Positions 40,868-54,785 of a stretch of 64,000 nucleotides of DNA are shown piece after piece. Within the stretch, counting starts at the first letter, position 1. Every line of letters begins with the position of its first letter. The position numbers and the translations under genes were made by a program. The DNA lies in assembly GCA_951406725.2 (NCBI GenBank), contig OX597814.1, forward strand, positions 105,710,001 to 105,774,000, read 5' to 3'. The notes under the pieces are model-generated. The model did not search any database and was not told the DNA's origin. It worked only from the letters and a program-made list of their open reading frames with translations. The stretch is from Octopus vulgaris. Taxonomy: Eukaryota.

Positions 40868-41080
40868 CCATACTGTCTGTCTGACATAGCGACTAGTTAC
40901 GTGCTTACTCTAGCATATACACACTGCAATATGCACGTCTTCTCGACTGTAATCAATTTGTAATTAGCATACAGCTGGAGAGCTTTAACTTAATTGTGCC
41001 TCGTTGATGAAACAGAAATCTCTTAGGTGTCCATTGCATTCGAAGTTTGTATATGTGTGTGCATGCGTGCCAGCTTTAAA

Positions 41081-41155
<75 letters not shown>

Positions 41156-41565
41156 TCTCTCACTCTCTCTCCTTCTCTCACTCTCTCTCATTCTCTCTCA
41201 CTCACTCACACATACACACACATATATATATATATATATTTAGATATACGTGATGTCTGTGTGTGTACACGCACATGCCCACGTGCACGTATTATGATCC
41301 ACGCCGACAGTTTCTCCATAATTAAGTCTTTTTCCTGGTGTGTCTGCGGATAGTTGTGTGAGTCTGTGTATGAATATACCTTTCGACATGATGATGATGA
41401 TGCTAGCTGCAATGGTGATGATAACATTAGCGATGATTACATAACATCGTTGGAAGAATACTTGCATACAAAAGTCTATGAATTTATATGTGATACTACG
41501 TGCGCGCGCACAAACATTCACGTGTGTGTATATTATATATATATGTATATCTATCTGCCTCCCTC

Positions 41566-41657
<92 letters not shown>

Positions 41658-41762
41658 ATGTATGTATGTATACAAACACACACAAAACAGACTAATAAAT
41701 CTTTGAAGCGTGTGTATAAGCAGTATAATGTACGCCCAGAAGAACGTAGATACACATACACG

Positions 41763-41832
<70 letters not shown>

Positions 41833-42409
41833 TGGTGTGAGTGGATGGGGAGAGGGTAAATGAAAGAAAATGCCCGACTCGAAGAACGTGACGTCGGAAT
41901 AAAGTGGAATTAATGGCGGTAAATGTTTAGTTTAGTCTGTGCAAGGGTTTAACAACGGATTAGGGTGGAATGTTTAATGTAAGTCTAAGGCTGTTGTAAA
42001 CCGAATGTAACACAAACATCAACCGTACACGCGTAAGACTACATAAACCTACCTACCGACCTATGTATGTACCTACACACGTCGCACACACACACATACG
42101 CAGCACACAAATGCAGTACCCATGCGCATTCATGAAGATAGATATATGCGTGCCCGTGGAATAAATAGTTGATCCCTACATAGGCAGACATGTGTGTGTG
42201 TGTGAGTGGAGGAGGCATAGGTGTTCCTGTAGCTCCAGTGCTGCCCTTCGATAATATTTCAAACCAAACCTCCAACTCCCTCTGCATCCTTCGCTGTTTT
42301 ACTCTCAATTAATGAGATGCGGATTCGTTGGCAGAGAAAGACACACGCAGCCCTATTAATATTCATGCATATATGTGTGTGTGTGTGTGTGTATATATAT
42401 ATTCTTGTA

Positions 42410-42680
42410 TTCTTTTACTTGTTTCAGTCATTTGACTGTGGCCATGCTGGAGCGCCGCCTTTAGTCGAACAACTCGATCCTAGCACTTATTCTTTGTAAG
42501 CTTAGTACTTATTCTATCTGTTTCTTTTGCCGAACCGCTAAGTTACGGGGACGTAAACAGACCAGCATCGGTTGTCAAGCGATGGTGGGGGACAAACGCA
42601 GACACATAAATATATACTTATATATATATATATATATATATATACACCAGGCTTCTATCAGCTTCCGTCTACCAAATATA
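42410..42680 (-). mobile_element. SINE family B, 5'-truncated
   Basis: gtttcagtcatttgactgtggccatgctggagcgccgcc...ccgaaccgctaagttacggggacgtaaac. Confidence 0.88.
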
Positions 42681-42685
42681 TGCAT

Positions 42686-42716
<31 letters not shown>

Positions 42717-42950
42717 TATATATTTGAAATTGAGGATTCACTCCTTCTCCTCTCTGACTGGTACTTTAACTTGCTTACCCCCAAAAAGATCTAACGCAAG
42801 ATTTATGTCGGCGTGATTCCCGCTGTGACCTTAACAAGCAAAAATGTCACAAAACATTTTCCCCGTTGCTCTAACGATTCTGCAGGCTCTCACCCTCACC
42901 ATCGAGGTATTCATATATATATATATGCGCGCGCGCGTGGGGGGTGTAAT

Positions 42951-43296
42951 GGTGTCTGTCTGTCTCTGTGTTCGGGGTTACTCCAACTCCACCCATACCG
43001 TCCAACCGATTATAATGATTTTTGGCGCATAGGTAGATCACACGCCCTGAAGTTCAAATAAGACCGCGATTTTTTTTGAAAACTCGATAATGCTCAGTTG
43101 GCATCGACAATTGTAAGCTCAGTCGGGCGTTTGAATGGAAATTCCCAAAATGATGTTATTTTTCCTGTAGCTTTTGCATTTTTTCATGTGTAAAATTTCA
43201 ACAAAATCGATAGTATAGTCTCTAAGGAAATGCTTATTCAATACAAGATCAACTGCAACATGGAAAACACGAACAACGCCGGGTCCACCAGCTGGT
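42951..43296 (+). mobile_element. Non-autonomous Helitron-like element
   Basis: 5' gtctgtctgtc...aaccgattataatgatttttggc and 3' cacgaacaacgccgggtccaccagctggt (decayed GC hairpin plus CTRR-T end). Confidence 0.5.
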
Positions 43297-43567
43297 ATGT
43301 GTATATATATATATATATAAATACTCAAATGAATATTCGTAAAGATATTATTGTTATTATTATCAGCGGTAAATCTAAATAATTGATAATAAGCATTAAA
43401 CAGCTGCACAATAAATTTATAGTAAAGGTTACACGAAATACCCAGCTTGTTAGAAAGCTTGCTAAAAATTTCACTTATTTTCAGTGAGATTGTTGGACAA
43501 AGTTGAGCATTTTGACTCACCGTTCTAGCAAGCTGATACTTCGTGTGTCATCTATCATAATTTTGTT

Positions 43568-43608
<41 letters not shown>

Positions 43609-43877
43609 ATATATATATATATATATATATAAAATCTCTTTACTATTTATGCAAAAGTGTCGTACGTCCAAAATTATGCTTTTTCAGAAAACGAAAAAAT
43701 TAGTTTCACCATTCCATAGCAAAACCATTGTACTGCACTCTAACAGTTTTCGATACCTTGGCATCTGAAGAAGCTGGAGATACGATAGTTTGACCAAAAG
43801 AACCGGATCTTGCAAGCAGAAATGAATACTGAAAAAAAAAACGCTTTTGGCTAAATTTGGACATACGACTGTTCAAC

Positions 43878-43923
<46 letters not shown>

Positions 43924-44018
43924 CACGGATATATGTATATAATCTTCCCTATATATTTCTATTTGTCTATCATTTATCTATCTATCTATCTATCTATCTA
44001 TCTCTCTATCTCTCTCTC

Positions 44019-44061
<43 letters not shown>

Positions 44062-44233
44062 TCTCGCGCATGCGTGCTGTGCATACTCACTCCTATTTAC
44101 ACACATATACACACAAAATACATATATTACTGACGCATTCACACACATACTCCCAGGTGATAATAAACGAATTGACACACACACACACACACACACACAC
44201 ACGTAGACATATATGTAGAGAGAGGGAGCGAGG

Positions 44234-44271
<38 letters not shown>

Positions 44272-46628
44272 GTTTGTGTTGTGCTTGTGGGATATTTAAT
44301 AAGTGTGAGCTGTTACAACTCAATGGAGACTCCACGTTTCATATCTCAACTCCAAATGACAGCTGTTCTTTCCATCACCTCGCCGTTCACCGTACAGACA
44401 CGTATTTATAATAAAGTACACACACGTGCCTCCACCTTCCTTCTATCTTTACACCCTCTCGGGTACTTCTACATACCTACATTTCTGTGTGTGTGTGCTT
44501 GTGTGTGTGTGTGTGTGCGAGACATTGTACGCTTAACGAGCTTATTTGTGGATGTTATAAGTATATATGTACGTTTCTCCCTTCCCCTCCTTACCCCTTC
44601 TCCACCCTCTCTCTCCCTCTAGTTCTATGGATGGGTAATTATATAAATACACGCGCTCACTAACATGCATGCATACCAACATACACACGCGCATGTATGT
44701 ATGTGTGTGCATATGTGCATGTATGCCTGTGTGTGTGTGTGTGTTTATATTTTTGTGTATGGTTGTCCATACATTAGATTCATACACACTCATATATATA
44801 TATATATATATATATATGAGTGTGTATGAATATGTATATATATACACACACAAGCACGCACATATTTATATACACACACATGTATATATATATACATGTA
44901 TGTTTGAAGATTCTAAAATTTGTATTTTTGTATATTTGTGTATATATATAGATATATAGGGAAGTTTATATACATATATCCGTGTATGTATATGTATATG
45001 TGTGTATGTATATATGTATATATGTGTGTGTGTGTGTGTGTGTGTATATGCAAAAATATATGTGTATATATAACATCAATTACTGTAGTTAATGCCTCCC
45101 TCTTGTGCATTTCCAGCTGCACACGTGCAAGAGCAATTTGCTTAGCAGTCATTTTACTCTCCCTAATGTCCCGCCCGTCCCCCGCCTCCGACCCCATAAC
45201 CCTGCTCCCTAATTTCCCATTCCACTAATCGTCCCTTCTACCTGTATTTATTTATGAATTTATGTATTTATTTTTGTACCATTAATGATCGCCTACTTTC
45301 GCTGTTTTCTAAATGAACTCGACAAAACCCTTGTCTAGTTGTCGTAAAACTATAATTGTTTTACCCACTTCTCATCAATTTTATATAGCTTAACTTATTG
45401 CTTCTGTTTCTTTTTTTTTTTTTGTATCCCTTCTTCTCCCCTCCGCCGTCTCTCACTAAAGTCTGTCTGTCAAATGTTTTCATCCCTCTGCTAAGTCAGT
45501 TGCCTACTCATTGATATTACTTACTCTCGTGTAAGGTATGTTGATTGAGAAAGAAAATGGCTGGGAGAGACAGTGATCTTTAAGTACGTTCCTCTCAGCT
45601 TGACATATCGTCTTTGGTGAAATATGAACCTTTACCATTTTCTTCATGTCTTAGTTACAAACGGAAGAGGGACAGTACCACTGATTTTTTTTTCTTTTTA
45701 AGGTCTCCGAGAATGATAGGAGAGAGAAAAAAAATGTCTACGATCGCAGACCTGGTCGACTGCTCGAAATATAGAAGCTGGCTCCGTGAGCGTTATGTCG
45801 AGGCTAAACAGCGTCAGTTGTTGCTCAATGCATGTCAAACTTTACGCTGTATATAGTTGAACCTCAGACCTCATACAAACTCCTACGGGTTTCACATTGT
45901 CTACGATCCTATTTCCTCCTCCTTCCCCTCCCATCAAGATGATGTACTTCGATACTCTTCATCCCATCACCTTTATCTCTTGCTGTTTTCCAGAGTTTCT
46001 TCTTTTTCTTTCCTACCCCCTCACCCAATTTTAAAAGTTTTTACGTCTCTACACAAACCTCTCGTCTTTCTTTGGAAATATGGTTTATCCATTCAATGAG
46101 TCATCAGAAGAGGGAAATCGGTGAATATTGCCAACTCTAGACTTATTCCTTCTACTTTCAACGTATCAATGATGATTCCAACTTCATCTCGATCGTTAAC
46201 TACGGCATCATATTACTGCCCACCTGTTCCCCCTCTCTTTCTCTCTCTTTCTCTCCCTCTTCCTTTCTCTCTCTCTCTTTCCCTCCCCCTCTCTTCTTCC
46301 CCCTCTCTCCCCTCTGTCTTTCTCCTCTCTCCCTTTCTCTCTTTTTGATATTCTAAACACTGTCACACACGTTTCAGAAATGTCCATCTAATAACACACA
46401 TGCCGTTCCGTAGGTTTATGTGACGGTTTTTCTGTGTCTGTATTTATTCTTAGTTTTGGAGCAGAGATAATTCTCCAAGCTGGAAATTTCAGACAATGTC
46501 CAAGAAACGGTGCTCAGAGGTTCGTGGGTCCCTAGTTCTTTGTTTAGATGCATAAATGAACGGGTGTGTATAGGCATCACAATATTGGCAAACACACACA
46601 CACACATACACGTACACACTCACACAAA

Positions 46629-46667
<39 letters not shown>

Positions 46668-47729
46668 GCTGAAGTTAATGAGGGAAAGAATGAGAACTGC
46701 TACTTAAAGAAATGGAGCAGAATATGAACGATGCTGATAGGCGAAACTATTTTGCACAGACCAAGACAGGATCGAAAAGAAGAGATACGATTTCCTAGAA
46801 ATTAATCAAAGAATTATGAAGGAACTATGACAGATTATAATCAAGTGGGGAGATGTTTGTGGCTGACACTGTAAACCCAAAATGGGCCGTGGAATTTCCA
46901 TGGATACTTCTAATATATATTATAATAAATTCCTATACTTAACTGCTCCGCACAGCGTATGTGAAGCACAAGTTTGTGAAGCGAGTGTACATACATACAT
47001 ATACACATGTGTTTGTGTGTGTGCATGAACATATATACATATATGCATACGATACACAAACACAGGTGTTAGAAAGCTGTGTGTTCCATAGCTATATCAA
47101 TGCTCCATATATTTCGGCACTCTATCGTATTAATTACAGCCGTTTAAGAAATTCCTCACGCATTCTATGATTCCGTCTCTCCTTTTTACTTCCCGTCTCG
47201 AGTCTCTCCCTGTCATAATCCCTATAAACCATCTGACACGTCACTTGTCTTCTTTTCCATCTCCCTCGTCGATTCTCTCTGCTCTTTTACAGTAGCCATA
47301 TTTATAAAATTCTTCACGTTGACAAAATCATGATATTTCATGACTATGGACTGACACTGTGTCTCATTAATTCCCTAAATTGTCACACTTCCACATTTCA
47401 CTGAACAATTCTTCTGACACATCCTGTCTGTCTAGTAACGTCTTTTAGTTATTTACTTGGTTCCAGCCATCATGTTCGATGTAAGGCTGGGGCATCGGCT
47501 TCTTTATAACTCTCGGTTATAACTTAATTCCTCAGTTCAACGAACAGGACATTTTACACAATAACTGTGATGCACTTTGCCTAAATTCAGGAATGGTAAA
47601 CCAGAGAAGTAAGCAGACTTCGAATAGAAATCTTTTATATAAGGAAGAAAAAAAGAAAGAATAACAGAATGAACAACTTAAAAAAAAAGACGAGAATAAG
47701 AGAATTGCAAGAAATGCTTTGCGAAAATA

Positions 47730-48309
47730 TTCTTTACTACTCTAGGCACAAGGACCGAAATTTTGGGGGAAGGGGCCAGTCGATTACATCGACTCCAGTT
47801 CGCAACTGATACTTAATTTATCGACTCCGAGAGGATTAAAGGCAAAGTCAACCTCAGCAGAATTTGAACAACATAAAGACAGACAGACGAAATACCTATT
47901 TCTTTACTACCCGCAGAGGGCTAAACACAGAAGGGACAAACAAGGACAAACGGATTAAGTCGATTATATCGACCCCAGTGCGTAACTGGTACTTATTTAA
48001 TCAACCCCGACAGGATGAAAGGCAAATTTGACCCCGGTGGAATTTGAACTCAGAACGTAACGGCAGATGAAATACCTATTTCTTTATTACCCACAAGGGG
48101 CTAAATACAGAGGTGACAAACAAGGACAGACATAGGTATTAAGTCGATTACATCGACCCCAGTGCGTAACTGGTACTTAATTTATCGACCCCGAAAGGAT
48201 GAAAGACAAAGTCGACCTCGGCGGAATTTGAACTCAGAATGTAACGGCAGACGAAATACCGCTAAGCATTTCGCCCGGTGTGCTAACGTTTCTGCCAGTT
48301 CGCCGCCTT
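47730..48309 (-). mobile_element. SINE A head-to-tail trimer
   Basis: Two junctions gaaatacctatttcttta at ~47889 and ~48069; the terminal unit has the older tail (cccttccccccaaaatttcggtccttgtgcctagag). Confidence 0.9.
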
Positions 48310-48524
48310 ATCGATACAAAAATATTGATATTGCATATATATCCGAGCATAGGCACACAAGCGCATAACCTGTATTGTCTATGTCTGTTTCTCTCTGATT
48401 GTATATATGGCATTCCGGCCCCTCTCTCTTATGCGTGTTTGCGCTCATATATGTTTGTATATTTGTTATACACATGACATGTTTATAATATACGTAATAT
48501 AATATGTGTATATTTTTTTATTCT

Positions 48525-48730
48525 TTTATTTGTTTCTGTCCTTTGACCGCGGCCATGCTGGAGCACCGCCTTGAGTCGCACAAATCGTCTCCAGGACTTA
48601 TTCCTTGTAATCCTAGTACTTATTCTATTGGTCACTTTTACCGAATCGCTAAGTTACGGGGATGTAATCACACCGACAACGGTTGTCGGTTGTCAAGTGA
48701 TGGTGGGAGTACAAACACAGACACACAACC
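48525..48730 (-). mobile_element. SINE family B 3' half
   Basis: cggccatgctggagcaccgcc...gctaagttacggggatgtaa. Confidence 0.82.
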
Positions 48731-49330
48731 ATATATATATATATATATATATATAAAGCTCGAAATACGAGAGTAGAAAAACAGCCAACAACTGATGAAG
48801 GGTCGTTCTTTATGTTGTTTGTTTTGTTTTCCATTTGTGTCATTCGTTGTTCGAAAGAATAGTTCATGTTCCATGTACTCGTGCTTCATACTTTTTTGTT
48901 GTACACGTTTCATGACCTCCTTGATAGATCTGTTAGTACATTCGGTACTTTTTGGTTATCTTGCCCCCATTAAACGAATTTTATTTATCTAAAGTGTTTA
49001 ACCCTCAATAAAACAAAAAAATAAAAATGAAAATTAATTAGCATGAAAGCTGAAAAAATTAAACATCTCAATGAATCTAATAACATTTTTATAACAAATT
49101 ATCCCATTCCTATTGAGGGTGGGGGCAAACATCAACAATGTTTTGAAGTATTAAATCAAAAGGATCGAACTCTTTGAATCCAATCTCTTGAAGCCACATT
49201 AACTTGATTTTTGTGTGGAGAGATAATCCAGTTTTTTAACGATAATTTTTTAATGGGGGTGAGATAACCAAAATATTCTAAGACTTTCTAACCGTGAGCA
49301 CTTTGTCTATCATTTAGTTTATGCTTACGA

Positions 49331-49485
49331 CTCCGCCGAGGTCGACTTTGCCTTTCATCCTTTCGGGGTCGATAAATTAAGTACCAGTTACGCACTGGGG
49401 TCGATATAATCGACTTAATCCGTTTATTTGTCCATGTTTGTCCCCTCTGTGTTTATTCCCTTGTAGGTAGTAAAGACATAGATAT
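49331..49485 (+). mobile_element. SINE A, 5'-truncated
   Basis: ctccgccgaggtcgactttgcctttcatcctttcggggtcgataaattaagtaccag...gtagtaaagacatag. Confidence 0.9.
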
Positions 49486-49764
49486 TATGTAAAGTGTCCT
49501 GAGTGAAGACGACAGCATGCGTTTTGAGGGAGATTTGACTGTTGTTGCCCCACATGTTTAGTGTCCATGTGATCTGTCATTATAGGTTGACTAACATCAC
49601 CCCAAGCAACGCTAATCAATAAAGGTGTAGCACTGTAGAATTAACACCTGTATACGTTTTGTTTTTGTTTATGGTTTTGTTAGTGTGTGTGTGTGTGACT
49701 TGTTTCGTTTATGAGGTTACTAAGTGTATATATACAGTTTGATTTTTGTTTACGAGTGACAGAA

Positions 49765-50085
49765 GCAGCCGTGACAACGGCTGCAGCATCAACTGCAAAA
49801 AACAGCAACATTAATTGCAATATCAACAGCAGCATTGAGGTGCAATTGCATAATTGATTGCTGCATTAACTGCTGCATCACTTGTATAATTAACTGCGAT
49901 TTTGCCAACAACACCATTATTTGAATTAGCAAAAATGGCGTTAACTGCAGTTGTAACTGCATAATTAATTGCAGCATGTGCATCAGAAGGAACTGTAATG
50001 TCAGCTGTAATATAAACTGCAACAGCAGCATCAATGCAAACTGCCGCAGCAGCAGCAACGACAGTCACCAACGCAACGACACTGC
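49765..50085. repeat. Cryptic degenerate minisatellite (ATTAACTGCAGC-like units)
   Basis: Recurring ttaactgc / taattgc / gcagca words. Confidence 0.65.
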
Positions 50086-50087
50086 CA

Positions 50088-50290
50088 ACCAATAGAAATA
50101 AATGTTAGGACGCCGGTCGGAATGCTTGGCGGCATTTCATCCGTCTTTACGTTCTTAGATCGAATTTCGCCAAGGTCGCCTTTGCCTTTTACTCATTCGG
50201 GGGTCGATAAAATATGTACCAGCTGAATACTGTGGTCGATGGAATCGACTTTCCGCATTCCCGAAATTGCTGGCAGTGTGCCAAAAATCT
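50088..50290 (+). mobile_element. Older SINE A copy
   Basis: tttcgccaaggtcgcctttgccttttactcattcgggggtcgataaaatatgtaccag. Confidence 0.75.
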
Positions 50291-50433
50291 GAATCGAAAA
50301 TTCAATAATATAAAAATGTACGATTTTTTCAGCATCAAATGGTTGCGAAGGTCCACCCGAGCGAGATAAAAATTAAAAGGGTGTACAGATAAGAAATGGT
50401 TGAGGACTTATTGATCTAGAACATCACTAACAC

Positions 50434-50670
50434 TACCTATTTCTTTACTATCCACAAGGGGCTAAACACAGAGAGGACAAACAAGGACGGACAAACGGAT
50501 TAAGTCGATTATATCAACCGCCAGTGCGTAATTGGTACTTATTTAATCGACCCCGAAATGATGAAAGGCAAAGTCGGCCTCGGCGGAATTTGAACTCAGA
50601 ACGCAGCGGCAGACGAAATACCGCAAAGCATTTCGCCCTGCGTGCTAACGTTTCTACCAGCTCGCCACCT
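50434..50670 (-). mobile_element. SINE A, full length
   Basis: 13-bp TSD aacatcactaaca at 50420-50432 and 50672-50684. Confidence 0.93.
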
Positions 50671-51104
50671 TAACATCACTAACATTACCTTTAACCACAA
50701 TGTCACCAACAGCACTATTAACTACTCTTTCACCACCATTAACTACAATGTTACCAGCCTTAACTACTGTATTATCGCCATTACATGTCACTGCATCACC
50801 ACCACCACCACCATTAACTGTAGCGTCATCAAAGCTCAGCGTCTACGTCATCACCAGTTGGCATTCCGATGACGGTGGTAATACCAATCAATATGATGGT
50901 TTTATTACAATTAATTATTATTGATAGAAACATTTCTGTCGGTTTGACCAGGTTAATCAGCAAACGGACATTTCGTTCTTATAACAAAAGGTCACGTTGT
51001 TGTGTCCACATCTCGATGACAACAACAGCAACAACAACAAACACATCATACACACTTCATATCATGTACGCACGCATCTTCGATAACAATCACCACACCA
51101 CACT

Positions 51105-51390
51105 GGCCCTCCGTCCGTTACGACGCTGACTGCTCCAGTTCGGCCTGCTCGTGAATTTAACGTGCAACTGACTGAGTATTCCTCGGACGGGCGTGCCCTT
51201 GACGTGGTTCTCGGGAAGATTGAGCGTGACAAGGCTGGCCTCCTTTGCATTACAGGTAGAGTTCATTTTTAGCAACCCAGGAGCAACATAAATTGATATG
51301 TTTGGCCCAAGGACACAATACACCGCCAAGGACTGAACTCACGACACTTTTCCAAAGTGAACCGAATACCCCTTATCACTAAGCTACGCG
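51105..51390 (-). mobile_element. SINE family C variant (V-domain-like body), degraded
   Basis: Aligns to 57033-57326. Confidence 0.75.
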
Positions 51391-51413
51391 TCTCTACATT
51401 ATATAGATTGTGC

Positions 51414-51465
<52 letters not shown>

Positions 51466-51733
51466 TATATATGCGCACATATATACACACATGCATTTTC
51501 GTAATAATAAATACTTACATATATGTATGTGTGTATATATATATATATATACGTATGTGTATATATATAAATATATATGTATATATACATATGTATGTAT
51601 ATATGTGTATGTAGATATGTGTATATATACGTGTGTGTATATATGTGTATATATATGTGTGTATATATGTTTGTATATATACGTATATATATGTGTGTAT
51701 ATATCAATATACATTTGTGTATATTTATGTGTG

Positions 51734-51823
<90 letters not shown>

Positions 51824-52636
51824 GTGTTTGTGTGTGTGTGTGTGTGTGTGTTTGCGTGTTTGCGTGTGTGTGTATATGTGTATATATATGCACACATACA
51901 CACACATGCATTTTCGTAATAATAAATACATACATAGATGTGAATATATATATATTGTGTGTGTGTGTGTGTGCATGAATATGTAAGTGTGTGTATAATC
52001 ACGGGCTCCTATACACAGAGTAGTACACCATTATGTTAATGGGCAGAAGGCGAAACAGAAAAAGAAATCCAATTGAACGAAACGTGGATGCACTCACTCC
52101 GGTCCGTTTTTTCCATTATTTTTGTTGCCCTAAATACTATTCAATGAACGCTGATAAAATTCCTGGAATTCCATGTGACATAAAAGGCGAGAACCATCAT
52201 TTGTTATCAGCAACAAGCAGTGCTGTAATGTTTGGTTTTGTGTGATTCCATCAAGCGAGAAAAACCAAGTTAGGACAATCAAATTTTGTGTCTGATAAAA
52301 TCAATCAGATTCGGTGAACTTTCTTCGATAAACACCGCCAAAAGAAGAAAATGTGATGGAAGAAAAATGACATTTTCGTTGATGAGTGCTGGAATATATT
52401 GTTAAAGCATTTCCAAGACTACTTATTTAGCGCCACCTTCACGGCATCAGTTCTTAAGAAATGCGGTGTCCGACTATGTTACAGACTGTAGTGGTATCTG
52501 ATTGACCTGTAGTCCGTTGTGGCATCAGGTTGTTAGCGAGCTTGAACTCCTCTCTCTTTCGTCAAAGAAATGGCTGTTGTCTGGTCAAATTTCTTTAACA
52601 AGAGAAGCTGCAGCAACAACAACCATAACAATAATT

Positions 52637-52701
52637 GTTTCTACTGTAGGCAGAAAGCCTGAAACTTAAGGAGTGTGTGAGTGGGGGGTGGGGGTGATTA
52701 C

Positions 52702-52743
<42 letters not shown>

Positions 52744-53078
52744 TCCTCTGTACACAACTGTTACTTAATTTATTAACCCCGGAAGGACGAAAGGCAAAGT
52801 CGACCTCGGCGAAATTTGAACTCTGAATGTAAAGACAGTTGAAATAATGCTAAGTATTTCGCCCGACGTACTAACGGTTCTGCCACTTCGCCGACTTAAT
52901 CATAATAATAATTATTATTATTATAACAATAATCCGTTCTACTATATTTGTGGGGAGGGACCACGAAACGATGAAAGGCAAAGTCGACCTGTGAGAAATT
53001 TGAACTCAGAATGTTAAGACGGACGAAATACTAAGTATTTTGCCCGGCGCGCTAACGATTCTGCCACCTTGCCGACTT
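52637..53078 (-). mobile_element. Two adjacent SINE A copies
   Basis: Two gaaaggcaaagtcgacct..aaatttgaactc cores. Confidence 0.8.
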
Positions 53079-53150
53079 AATAATAATAATAATAATGATA
53101 ATAAAAATAATAATAATAATAATAAGAAGAAGAAGAATGATAATAATAAT

Positions 53151-53188
<38 letters not shown>

Positions 53189-53208
53189 GAAGAAGAAGAA
53201 GAAGAATG

Positions 53209-53247
<39 letters not shown>

Positions 53248-53521
53248 TCCGTTAAAAGATAACAGACTAACACATTTATTTCTCACTATTTTGATGTCAG
53301 TGAATGTGACAGCGAATAGATTAATGGACTAGTTTTAGTGAATAAGCGCAAATCTTCGTCATCATTATTGCTGTCAAGGCGGCCAACTGGTAGAATCGGT
53401 GTTTATTTTCTGCACGGGATTTCGTCCGTTTTTATGCTGTGAGCACAAAGTCCGGCGAAGTCGACTTTCGTTTTTTATCGATCCTGAAAGGATTATTATT
53501 TATTATTATTATTATTATTTT

Positions 53522-54050
53522 GATTTGTCTCAGGTTCGGTTTTATTCCTGGTAGGATTTCTGTGGGTAGTGGGTTACTACCTGTAACCTTAGGGATCCAT
53601 AAGTTTTCAGTGGTCTTTCAAATGCTTGGAACCCTCTTGATAATCCTTGCTGTTCCTAACAGACAAACTTTCTGTTGGAGCTCCACTGGGCATTCTATTC
53701 CAATCTCCTTCAGCCATTTGTCTATATCTTGTGCCGACTTGGGGTATTCGGTCACAATGTGTGCCACTGTCTCGTTCCAAGTTCCACACGTTCTATATTT
53801 TCTGACACATTCTCTCCATATATATTTTTCTCAAGTTGTTTGTTTTTATCGCTTGATCTTGGGCTGCTACAATCAGGCTCTCTGTTTCTTTTTTTAATTG
53901 TCTCTTTTTTAACCAAGCCTAAGATTTTGTTCCACATACGTCTCCAGTGGCTCTCCAAAAATGGCCATGCAGAGTTTTCACTTCGATCTGTCTGACGTGC
54001 TCTTTTTGTATTTCATTCTTGTCCTTTTCTCCTATACGTGCTACATAAGC
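53522..54050 (-). pseudogene. Internally deleted R4/Dong-type fragment between (TTA)n tracts
   Basis: KTLHGHFWRAT..AWLKKRQLKKETESLIVAAQDQAIKTN..RTCGTWNETVAHIVTEYPKSAQ|DIDKWLKEIGIECPVELQQKVCLLGTARIIKRVPSI*; same 3' UTR as 10180-10445. Confidence 0.85.
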
Positions 54051-54094
54051 TCTTCTTCTTCTTCTTCTTCTTCTTATTATTATTATTATTATTA

Positions 54095-54147
<53 letters not shown>

Positions 54148-54741
54148 GAGTGAGAGAGCAATGCATGCCATCAAAGTGACTAAATATTCGGCCGTATTTG
54201 TTCCAGCTGTGTAGATTTCCGAGTTCAAATCCCTCGGAGCTCAACTCTGCCTTTTATCCGTTCGGATGTCGATAAAATATAAGTCAAGCGCTCCCTCTTC
54301 TCACTCAAAATTCCTGGTTTTGTACCTATTTTTGATCATTTTAATAGTTATCATCATAACGGCCATATTGTCGTTACTGTTGCTTCTTGTTGAACATCTC
54401 TGTCTAAGTAACATATTCTAACGTTTGTGTTATTTCTTATTACGATCTTGTCATTCATATTTGACGTATAAAACTTATTTCTTTCTCATATTGCCGTATT
54501 CTTTGTTTTCGTTTCGTATGGTTTGTGTAATATTTGCGATCTTCTGTGGTTTTTCACTTCCTGCGAGTGACAATATATATGTCTTGGGGGTATTTACTTG
54601 GTTTTTAGTATCGACATGGTAAAGCTTATTGTTGTAGTTCAGTGTTGTTGTGATATGGCAGTAGCGGTTAATCGCAGAGTGCGACAGACTGAAAAAATAT
54701 GAAAGCCACACAAAGCCATCACTGCACGCACGAACAGAAAT

Positions 54742-54785
<44 letters not shown>

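Noticed and set aside
43760-43830. CTGAAGA...GAAA as a hammerhead
   Set aside because: No stem I partner or properly placed NUH.
46680-46910. Possible upstream piece of an R4/Dong ORF
   Set aside because: Purine-rich and suggestive, but too many stops and no motif I can support.
47730-48309. CRISPR-like repeat array
   Set aside because: Units are ~180-bp SINE multimers with no unique spacers, and the context is eukaryotic with no cas genes.
48785-48872. CTGATGA...GAAA as a hammerhead
   Set aside because: Stems I, II and III do not pair convincingly.
50340-50413. hAT MITE 3' end (aaatggttgaggacttattg-atctaga)
   Set aside because: Too decayed and no partner end found, so not called as a feature.
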